DNA of 64,000 bases from Macrostomum lignano (lineage: Eukaryota), in NCBI GenBank assembly GCA_002269645.1, contig NIVC01001760.1, positions 1 to 64,000 on the forward strand. Reading direction: 5' to 3'. Both the position numbers and the translations under genes were made by a program. Under the pieces are notes generated by a model that worked only from the letters and a program-made list of their open reading frames with translations, had not been told where the DNA came from and made no database searches. Shown one piece after another: positions 12,748-23,281 of the stretch. The stretch's first letter is position 1; each line of letters opens with the position of its first letter.

Positions 12748-13187
12748 ATGATGCTTCATCAACTCAACTCAAACTGATTCCGCAGCCTCCCAGCAATCGG
12801 GTCCAGCTGTGTTGGCGAGTGCCCTGCAGCAGCAGCAGCAACAGCATCAGCAGCATCAGCAGCAGCAGCAGCATCTTCTCCCAGTCAACAACCTCTCTGC
12901 CCGATAGCAGTCCCAGCAACTCCACTCCGCCGCCTCCGCCGGCCTCGCAGCAGCAGCAGCCGAAAGCGGAGCCGCATTCGCCAACATCGGCGTCCTCCAT
13001 TTTTTCATCGTCGTCCTCACCATCAGTGCGCCGTCAGCAGTCGCAGCAGGTGACGCCGACCACCGGGGAAGAGCTGGAGCGGGCGACCACCTACATTGTG
13101 CCCAATCGGCCCGCCTCCCCGGCATCCACCGCTGTCGGACTGCCGAGGAATCTGACAGTGCGCCATTGCTCAGTTGACGGTCGGCAG
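12748..13187 (+). CDS. PRDM1: Blimp-1/PRDM1 coding exon 1 (Ser/Gln-rich N-terminus and start of PR domain); 5' end uncertain
   Basis: EELERATTYIVPNRP..GLPRNL matches the Blimp-1 PR-domain N-flank (EE.CTYIV.D..SLPRNL). Phase-0 donor CAG|GTAAGA at 13187/13188 is in frame with exon 2. ATG 12748 needs one extra base near 12772 to join this frame. Confidence 0.75.
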
Positions 13188-16100
13188 GTAAGACTACATT
13201 TATTAGGTGGCGAGTCTAAATGCGTCATAGTTACTCCCGCCGTTTACCAAAAACTCCTGCTATGCCCTTATCGGATTGGAAATAGTTTCCCTGGAGTTAG
13301 TTTAACCAAGTTCACAATGTCACGGAGCACTTTGAATTCGCTAACAAAAACAAAGCATGTGATGTCAAGTGACTCTATCGTGAGGTAAAGCTTGTTGATT
13401 CCATGACCACGTGAGTAACAGGCGGCTTCCTGCCCCGTTTATCCAATCAATTAACCCACCGGTCAGCAAGGCATTGTGTGTTGACGCAACGGTTCATCCC
13501 AGGACTCTGGCAACAATGCCTGGGATTTTTTATGCTAGGGGGGGGGAGTTGGGGACTTAGTGAGACGCTGCCGGGCGGCACCCGAGAGATCTCATCGCGG
13601 CGGCTCTCTCTCTCTCTCTCTCACCCCGCTGGCTCCTGAGCAATGCTGTTGCCCAGGGCTCTAACGGAGAGTTCAGGTGGGTGTGGGTAGGGGGAAATGA
13701 AACCTACCGTCCCCTCAGAAAAGTTATCCCACAGCTTATCGCTATTCTGACCCGTCACGGCATTGAGGCAGCCCTGCTGCTCTGCCCGCCTGATTGAGAA
13801 TCAATTTTGCATTCTATAGGGTGGCCGCATGGTTGAATGGTGCATCTCTTTATCATAACTTGAGCTGCTCCAGTGAGTCAGCCAGGTCCAGCTCTTTCAC
13901 CTCACTTTGCCGCCAAAGAGGGGGGGTGAATGTACGCTGTTGGCCTCATCATGCATAACAACAGCTTCCTTATTTTTTCTCGAGACTTTCCTTTCGGTTG
14001 AAGATGCCCTGAAGGTTCATACTGTAGTGTACCGGGACTCGGCATTTATGGTCCCTCGGTAGGGGTTCGTGAGCCAGCTCGCATACAGCCTATCCAACAT
14101 GAGTGCGTAGTCTTGGCTTCAAACTCATTTATCTTCTGTCTTACTTCTCTCCGCACGCTTAACTTGTTAAACAAAAAGAGCAAGGTGTGCAGAATTCCAA
14201 TTTATTTAATTTTGAGAATGCGAGTAGCTGTTCCACAGACAGTATGCAGCTGGGCGCCTCTCGCACACCAAGCCCCAGCATTTGACACCCTGCCGCTGTG
14301 TATCTGGGCGTGTAAAACCGAAACGCTTCTTCTCTAAATCTATTCTTCAATTTGGTAAAGAAATTGTTTAAGATGAAAAATAGTTGAAAGAGATTGGAAC
14401 ATAGGGGGGTGGGGGCGAACTCAATCGAGGGGGGCGGCGCGGTGCTGCAGGGTGTCAGAGGCCGGTAATTCTCTTTTCTCTTTACGCTTCTCTCATATTC
14501 TGTTTTTTTGAGCCTTTCGGTGGGGGCATGCGACAACAAGCAAGACCACAATGCCCAGCGGTTGGATTTCCACTGGCGAAAGAGCATCCACTGTAGGCTG
14601 CAGCATAATTCAGTTGCAAGGGGGTCGGTCGGTCTGAAGTGGAAGTGAAATAGAAATTGTTCGCCTGCTTTTGCCCACTCAGTGGGGGGGGGGCAACGCT
14701 CCGTAACAATGGTAGTGCTAGTGATGCGAGTTTGAGTCGAGTAAAATTCTTTTCTCTCTGGGGTACTTTCTTGGTAATTACTCTATGCCGTCACGTTGGT
14801 TGTCACAACAAGCCTCCAAATTAATGCGGAATCGAACCTATGGTGTCCTTTGGTGCAGTTATACTTTGCTGCTCACATGCAGGCAGTCAGGGAGGCGGCA
14901 CCAGGTAGGGGTTAATCGGTTAACGATAACGCAGACTGACAATGCTGTACGATCGGAATTGACAAGTGAAGCGTTAGGTTTTGCAACACAGCTTATTATT
15001 AAAAACGTTGCATTGAAAACTGGGTCAAGCTCATAGGCCATAGCACATTGAGCCTCTGTCTTAAAGATGCTCAACTACTGATAACACCTGAGCTAGCTAA
15101 GCTGAGCAGGATATTATAAATTGCATAATCCTGGCCTACTACAACTGCATAGCTGAGCTCAGAGAGTTGCATCACAAATTTTCTAGCTAAATATAATTGC
15201 ACAGGTCTCTGCGCGGGGGAACTGGAATGCCGGTCTATCGCCATCCCACGCATACACTCTCTCCTCTACTGTCCAATTCTCCTCTGCTCAGCCCAGAATG
15301 CTATATAACTTTCCATCACCTGCCGCCCCAGCAGCAGTTTGTTTCAAAATAGCGCGGCAAGTGGGGGCGATGCAAACAGTGAAGTGAAGTGAAATGCCAA
15401 CCAGCAGCGGAGCTGAGAACCTACCGTCGCAGCCAAATGGACCGACCCGCCAGCAACTGCCGGAGTGAAAGTTCTTCGTAAATTATTCCGATTGTCTCTG
15501 TTGCAGCCAGGGGCGCCGGCCGGCTCCGTGGGTGTGCCAGCAACTAGCAGAGTGAGAGAGGGAGAGGGACGGAGAGAAAGAGAGAGAGAGAGAGAGAGAG
15601 TAGGTCAGGAAGCACAGCGGGACGCCACTCTCCCTGGGGCACCGCAGCGGCGTCCGCCGGCCTAGCAGGTCAGGTCTCCCGTTGCCCGCCTGCCGAGTGA
15701 AAGCTCTCTCTATCGCTATCTCTACCTATCTCTTTTGTTCAAGTTCACTCTCCATTTTCTGCCATTGCGCTGCCAACTCTAAAGCTGGTCTCGCTGAATA
15801 GTAGTGGGGGCAGGTCACTAGCTCCACTTTCCAATGTTGCATCTGCTGGCTGCCTGACACGGGCTGCTCGCGATGCAAAGGCCTCTTAAACTGCTTAAAA
15901 ATTGCGTTGAGGATTGAAGGGAAAAAGTGTGAACAGACACGCTTCAGTTGAACTGTGCGGAACGTTTGAAAGGGAGAAACTGGAAGCTTTGAGTGGTCTG
16001 CTTGCCACGGCTTTTGAGCTGCGTAGTGAAATCTTCAAGTCGCTCTGCTTCTCTGCTTCAGTGAGAGTCTCTGGCAGCGGGGAGGGAGAAAGTCCTCAAG

Positions 16101-18939
16101 CTGTTGTGCCGGCCTTTCCCTGCCTGCCCGGGCAGTCTGCAGTTTCTCCCGGCCAGTTCACACATCTGCGGCTGCCCTGCTTGCCGTCTGACAAAACTCA
16201 GGGACTTCCGACAGGGCAGGCACTCAGCAGCAGCAGCAGCAGCAGCCAGTCCAGTCGCGTCCTGAGCAGGGCGAGATGGGGTTGCGATGAGTCTATTGGT
16301 TTGATGCAGCCGGCAGAAATCCCAAACTAAGCCGACAATGCCGCCCGAAGGGGATCGCTGATAGACTCTGTCCTGCAGAGCCGGGAGAAACAACTGCGTG
16401 TTGTTGAGAGACATCGGCGGTTGGAAAGGGGCGATGGCTGAAGTGGCGGCCCTGACTGACAATGCCGCTGAGACAAAGGGCTGCTCCTCCACTCCGCAGC
16501 TCTTCTCTGCTCCACACTGCGCGCCTCCCATCAAAAAGAGCCGGACCACGGGAGGGATTCTGTCTCGTCTCTTCCCACCTCATCCTCTGTGTTCCGAGTT
16601 CGTTCAGCATGAGCCTCATAGCCGAAATCTTAGTTTGGAAAGATTTTTTTGGCCAGTTCTTGACACTCGATAGCTGGCTTGGCACCGGGAAATCGGGGGA
16701 TTTTTGAGGAAAAAAATGAGAAATGATTTCAATTCAAAACCATTTGAAAGTTGATCGTCCCGTCGCCTTTGTTTACAGTGCAAGCCTGGGCCAAATCGCC
16801 TCAAACTTACAGTTTTTAGGCAGCAGCGTCTTTCATTACGACAAGTGGCAGGCCAAGTTGTCACAATGCCATTATTGCATTCAGGGGGCCATCTTTTGTC
16901 ACCATCAAATTCCTTGTTAGCGAGGTGAAAGAGTTCAACGCCGGATTTCATGATGAGAGAATGGAAACTAAGAAGGCTAGTCATCTCCAAGCTTTTGGTG
17001 CGACTTCAACCCTCTCAGTTTTCCGTCTGCATCAAAATCTGTGCCCAGCACAGCTGCTGTGTGACTCCAACAAAACACACTGAGTCAATTTTTACTCTCT
17101 TTTCATTGTCGATGTGTCAGTCAGCCGGTGAAGAGATGAAGCAAACACGCACAATTTCGCCACTGTACCAATGCCTACTGCTTAGCGCCTACTGTCAGGT
17201 CAGGTTAGATCAGATACTGCGGCTAATTTCCTAGACCAAATTTGTCCAAGACACTTTAGTCTGAGCCTCAGCCAGTTAGCAGCGCATATTTGCCTTCTTT
17301 TTGTTACTCATTCAGTATTTATTATTGACAGAAAGCTCCGAAATGGCCTATTGTGTGTCAGAGAGGGAGAGAGAGTGTCTGCATTTCTGGATGCAGCCCG
17401 CCGGTGCACAGGGGGCCCGCGAGTTTTCACTTGACCGAACTGGAGTGGCTCTCTAATAATAGCAAATTATAGGGCTCAGCGACAGCAGCAGCTCAGCTCT
17501 CAGCATCTCAACTGGCTGAGTGAAGAATCAAAAACAGTGGCTGGAGAGAGTTGGCAGAATAAACAGTTGGGGGGCTGAGAAGTGGCGCCTGTTTGCTCTG
17601 CTCCCTGCCGCACCATCTCCAGTCATGTTTGACTTGGTCACCGGCTCTACTAACTAACAGTTTGAAAATCTGTGTCGATCTTTGTTGTTGTTAAAATCAA
17701 TTCGGTTCCCATATGCCTGCGCAGTTGGATTAAATGAAAACAATGGACTCTCTCGCGCAACACACCTGGTGGAAATCGGGGTGGTTTATTTTTATTGGCC
17801 CCAATCTGAATCACCCTACCCTACATGGACTTGTTGAGCTCGAGGGCAGCAAGTGACCGGCACCCTTGCCTGTGGGAGACAGTCCACCAGTCAGTGCGAA
17901 ATTCGAATTGCACAACAACCCGCCCGACCATTCGGCACTTTACCCGCTGCGCCTGCCGTCGAATTGTTGTTTGTTTTTGCGAAATTCAACGCGTTTTTTA
18001 TGACTTTTCCTAGAAAATTAAGTAGCTAAAAATTGCCGTAGGGCTCAAACGACTCCCCCCCTCCGCCAACGCCGTTTCGTGACGCAAACTGAGCACACGA
18101 TTGGAGGCTGAATGCGGGCTCAGAAAGGGGTGACAGGGTGATGCAGTGAGACTAATTCCGCGCACTTAACTTTCATATACGGGTAGTTGGGAGGCGAAAG
18201 CGTTAGAATTTATTGCGAATCCATTTATTTATATATTTTTTTCGGGCTGGAAACCCGTGAGCTGGGCTAGCGAAGAGGAAACAGGAAGCCGGGAAGTGAG
18301 GAGAACTGCTCGGGGGATGTGGGTGGCCACCACGCGGATGTCCTCCATCCGTGTGGGATCTGTGCTGCCATTGTGATCCTCACTGTGCTTTCTCTCTCTC
18401 TCTCTCTATACTTTTTCATCGGGCTCAAATTATCCCACCATAACCTTTACCTCGTCCTAGATCCATATTTTTACCTTCTATCGAGTCGTGCACGTCTGCT
18501 CAGTCGGGGCTGACCCTGCGATTGGGGCTGTCACGCATTTTGCTGCCGTGAGCTGCAGCAGCAGCAGCAGAGCAGTGCTCACTTTGCTTCTTCCGGAAAA
18601 CACGCAACGATGTGGGTGGGAGAAAAATTGGCGTGTTCCCCTGAGCTAATCAGCTTTGCGCCCACAGAATCCCGCATAGCGACAATGGGATGATGAGGGA
18701 GCCGATGCTGGCGGGCGGGATTAAGAGGGGAAGAGCCTGATGAGGAATCAGTGCGACTCCTGCCTGTCCCCGTTCTCATCCGGCCATGTAAACTAAAGAT
18801 TGATAGGAGTTGGATTAGCTGGGATGCGATCAATGGATTAAATATTGAAAGGGAAATTATGCGAGCTATCAATAAATCAAAGATGAGCGCTGGCTTAAAT
18901 GCTTGAAATTGAGATAAATTTAATCCAATGTTGCAGAAT

Positions 18940-19695
18940 AAGTACAGGAACGGATTATTAGGTATGATAGCAGGTACAAGAACCGGTAATTAGGTGCGGG
19001 AACAGGTACAAGAACCGGGTAATTAGGTGTGAGAACAGTTACAAGAACCGGTAATTAGGTGCAAGAACAGGTACAATAATCAGTAATTAGGTGTGAGAAC
19101 AGGTACAAGAACCGGGTAATTAGGTGCGGGAACAGGTACAAGAACCGGGTAATTAGATGCGGGAACAGGTACAAGAACCGGGTAATTAGGTGCGGGAACA
19201 GGTACAAGAACCGGGTAATTAGGTGCGGGAACAGGTACAAGAACCGGGTAATTAGGTGCGGGAACAGGTACAAGAACCGGGTAATTAGGTGCGGGAACAG
19301 GTACAAGAACCGGGTAATTAGGTGCGGGAACAGGTACAAGAACCGGGTAATTAGGTGCAAGAACAGGTACAAGAACCGGGTAATTAGGTGCGGGAACAGG
19401 TACAAGAACCGGGTAATTAGGTGCGGGAACAGGTACAAGAACCGGGTAATTAGATGCGGGAACAGGTACAAGAACCGGGTAATTAGGTGCGGGAACAGGT
19501 ACAAGAACCGGGTAATTAGGTGCGGGAACAGGTACAAGAACCGGGTAATTAGGTGCGGGAACAGGTACAAGAACCGGGTAATTAGGTGTGGGAGCAGGTA
19601 CAAGAACCGGGTAATTAGGTGTGGGAGCAGGTACAAGAACCGGGTAATTAGGTGTGGGAGCAGGTACAAGAACCAAGAACAAGTACAAGGTGTTG
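18940..19695. repeat. 33-bp intronic minisatellite (GGTAATTAGGTGCGGGAACAGGTACAAGAACCG)n
   Basis: About 22 units ending about 70 bp before the exon 2 acceptor. Confidence 0.96.
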
Positions 19696-19766
19696 GCACA
19701 GAGATTTACGGGAACAAAGGCTTACACTATTAATAATTTTCTAATTTAAATTCTTTCAACCCGCAG

Positions 19767-20121
19767 GCGGCCACGGTGTGGAGTCGGGATGCCATTCCCA
19801 GGGGCACTCGATTCGGCCCGCTAAAAGCGCCCCTAGCAACGGTCGCCACGGACAGATGCTGGCGGGTTCCCAGATCCGCGTCCGGCCAGCTTCAGCCGGG
19901 GTCAGCTGAGGTCAGCTATTATGACGTGACCTCTCCCAGGCGCTGCAACTGGCTGGCTTGTCTGCGCCAGTCGGCCAGAGACTTCAACGTCGTTGCGGCG
20001 ATGCGCGGCGATGAGTTGTACTTTTACACTGTCGAATCGGTGGGCTGCGACCGCGAGCTGGTGGCCTGGTACGGGGCGGACCTGCTGCGGCTGGCCTCGG
20101 CGCGGCCGAGGGATCGGCCAG
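19767..20121 (+). CDS. PRDM1: Blimp-1/PRDM1 exon 2, PR/SET domain core
   Basis: Acceptor TTCTTTCAACCCGCAG|GCG. Encodes VWSRDAIPRGTRFGPL..NWL..NVVA..ELYFYT..RELVAWYG (PR-domain motifs). Phase-1 donor CAG|GTGAGA. Confidence 0.92.
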
Positions 20122-20149
20122 GTGAGAATTAGGGGAATCGAAGTGGATT

Positions 20150-20560
20150 AGTAGGATTAGGATTTGAATTGAAATATTGGGATTTAAATTGGGAGATTGG
20201 GATTCGAAGTGTGGGAGATTGGGATTCGAACTGTGGGAGATTGGGATTCAAAGTGTGGGAGATTGGGATTCAAAGTGTGGGAGATTGGGATTCGAACTGT
20301 GGGAGATTGGGATTCGAACTGTGGGAGATTGGGATTCGAACTGTGGGAGATTGGGATTCGAACTGTGGGAGATTGGGATTCGAAGTGTGGGAGATTGGGA
20401 TTCGTGTGGGAGATTGAGATTCAAGTGTGGGAGATTGGGATTCGAACTGTGGGAGATTGGGATTCGAAAGTGTGGGAGATTGGGATTCAAGTGTGGGAGA
20501 TTGGGATTCAAGTGTGGGAGATGGATTCAATGATTGGGATTCGAACTGGAAGATTGGGAG
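20150..20560. repeat. 22-bp intronic minisatellite (TGGGAGATTGGGATTCGAACTG)n
   Basis: Tandem units starting just after the exon 2 donor. Confidence 0.95.
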
Positions 20561-20620
20561 TAAAAGAATTAGAAAACAACTGAGTTTTCATAGTAATGCC
20601 CAGCAATGGCAGCATATTAT

Positions 20621-22045
20621 ATAGCAATCATAAATGATAATAAAGGCCAAATAATGTAGCTCTCAGTACAAAACTTAAATTTGAGCTGCAAAGCCCAGTG
20701 AGCCTTCATTCGTATTCCTTGTCGCAAGAGGAAGAGACACTGGCAATAAAACTCCCCACAATACTGGGCAGACTGGCTGCATCAGATAACGATGGGAAAC
20801 GGTGGCCAGGTGATGCCCGGCCGAGATAAACTCAGCTGGGAGTCTTATTGGGGAACAATGGCAGTGGCATGGGAAAACGGAGAATGCATTAGCAAATGTT
20901 ACAAAACAGCTCTGGCAATATTTGATACATGCGCACAGAAATATTTTCTCAATTCAATTGGCAGAATCTTCGGCCGAGTCGCACCAGTCTCCGGCAAAAA
21001 AGACAAAGCAACACCACCACCAGCAGCACCAGCAGCCGGCGTTGCCATTCTCCATCGAGAGGCTGACTGGCGACCCGGAGCTCGCGTCGGCAATGCAGCG
21101 GCAGTCGGCTGCGCTCTCCTTTCCCAGGCCGCCGCCTCCGCCGCACCTGCCGCACCTGCCGCACCTGCCGCCGCCGCCACCGCCGAAAGCCGGCCTGCAC
21201 TGGCCGTACAACTCGGAGCTGCACAGCCAGCAGCACTCGCCAATGTTCGCCGCAGCCTCGGCGGCCGAGCAGCGCTGCCGAGAATTCGGCCACCCGCCCG
21301 TCCTGCCGCCGCCTGTGCCGCCGATTCCGCCGGCGCACTTCAACGACCAAGCGGCCGCGGCGGCGGCGGCGGCAGCGGCGGCGGCATCACTGTTTCCCTG
21401 CGGCCGGCCGCCCATCCTGCCGCTGCCGCTGCTCACCCAGCTGTACGCCAGCAGCATGGGCCTCCTCAACCTGCCGCTGTGGCCGCAACCGCCGCCGCGC
21501 CGCCGTCTCATTCAGTGGCGCCACCGCTGCCGGCTGTTCCATCGGCTTCGCCGAGGTCAAGCCAGCAGGCGCCGCACCAGCTGCCGCCGCCGCCGTCGAT
21601 GCCGCCGCAGCCTCTGCCGGCACATAACAGCGGTCAGCATCGCCGTGCCGCTGCCATGGCGAGCCCGACTGGCCCCGCGGCCGCAGCGGCGTTGGCGGCG
21701 GCGGCTGCTGCTGCAGCCTCCACTTCGTCTGGAGCTTCGCTGTCAAGCAGCCTCCGCTGATTGCAGCACGCGCAGCTGCGGCGCCGGCGGCCGCTGTCGA
21801 GTCCCCGTCGAGCGGTCGACCTCGGCACAATCGGCGTCGCGACGCTGGCGCCTCGCCGTCGAACGCGAGCAGCGAGGACGCACCGGTGCAGCACTGGCCT
21901 TCAGGCCCAGGGCGAACACGATCCGTCGGTCTTGCAGCAGTGGTCGGACAACGGGACATTCTAGACGCAGGCAACGTACGCGAGTTCGGCCGCTGCCACG
22001 AAGGTGACGCGGACGCACACGGGCGAGCGGCCTTTGCGACCTGAT
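20621..22045 (+). other. Second, truncated and indel-rich copy of Blimp-1 intron 2/exon 3 start; probable assembly chimera (empty haplotype)
   Basis: 20621-21886 matches 28965-30238. 21887-22045 is a deletion-riddled mosaic that still retains GCGGACGCACACGGGCGAGCGGCC from zinc finger 1. Confidence 0.8.
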
Positions 22046-22944
22046 TGCGCGACGGCTCACGGGGGAGACACCCTGGACCGTGTCGGCCGGTCGTACTTGC
22101 TCGGGGTCGACACCCGTTAACTCTTCGGTCGCCAAGTCGCGCTGGGCCGTCAGCGGAGTCTGCGAAAGGTGCGGCCCGTCACTCCCCTCCTCCGGGCGCC
22201 GCGCGAGGCCAGGATCCACTAAGAGAGACAGACCCCGGAGCCTCCCCAACAAGGGACCCCCCAACTCACACAGCTCAAAACCCCGCACAGCCAACAACAC
22301 GCACTCAAACGCCGCCTGCAGCACCGAAGGCGGGACCCTCCGACACCTCCCGGAACCACCACCAGAACCTCTCTTCCGCCCATACTGATTGCACAGAAAC
22401 GACACAGACACTGCTAAGAATCTAGACAACTGCTCAGGCACACTCACACCAGCCCCATCAAGAAACCTCGCCACCTCCTGAACCACCAGGCAAGCTCCTT
22501 CACTATCCCCAGCCCTCAACCGCGCCAGCAGCGCACCCCTCAGCCGCCTACACTCAGCAAGCGCAGCCGGAGCCAATAACTCGGCTGGGATCTCCGCGTG
22601 AACTGGAGCTTCCCCTGCGGCGCTTCCCTTAAGACTAGCCAAAGCTAACCTGACCTGCTCGGGCAACTCAACGTCAGGGGGAGGATTGAAAAAGTAGGCG
22701 TACTTTAACACCCCTTGACACGCTGCCTCCCAACCCGATCGTATACTTCCCGAAACACTGGGTCAGATAAAACGCACATCGCCATCACGTCTCGCTGAGA
22801 CTCCGGAGACTCTACCTCGGCAGGACAGACGCGGGGCCGCTTTGAGTACAGACGACTACACGCTGCCTCAATCTCCGCAGAGTTAGCAGTCCGACCCACG
22901 CCTAACACGCCATACAAATCAGTCGGTGTCGTTGGCGACGACAT
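22045..22944 (-). CDS. E1 ORF3: J-like domain (no HPD) plus conserved unknown helical domain; one frame break near 22711-22714; 3' end lost in mosaic
   Basis: DLYGVLGVGRTANSAEIEAA..LSDPVFREVYDRVG (J-domain helices). Adding one G to a G4 run joins it to ORF 21743-22711, which aligns by eye to E2 ORF3. Confidence 0.75.
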
Positions 22945-23281
22945 GGTCCTCCTGCAATGATGACATTTAAACCCAATCACTACCTATGCCTTGCGGACTA
23001 GCAACTGTGACCCTGACCTGACCCATCCTATGACATGTTTATTTTACAATACGATTGAGAACGCTTCTTGCCTAGCATACTTTGTAATTTTAATACATTT
23101 AATGTTTTTTACGTGCTTTCCATGCGTTCCATTTTATGATTTTTTTGTGCTTTGGGGTTGTATCATTTTTTTCATTTTAGGTTATTTTAGGCTTTCTACC
23201 ATAGACAACAGCGTGGAGGCATTAATACAAGTGCATATTAAAAATCAATTTATGACGACCGCCTTGTGAGCCCACTGCGAA

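Noticed and set aside
20922-22007. A second functional Blimp-1 paralogue in tandem
   Set aside because: It frameshifts near 21498, lacks intact zinc fingers, and ends in a consensus-type mosaic; better explained as a haplotype chimera.
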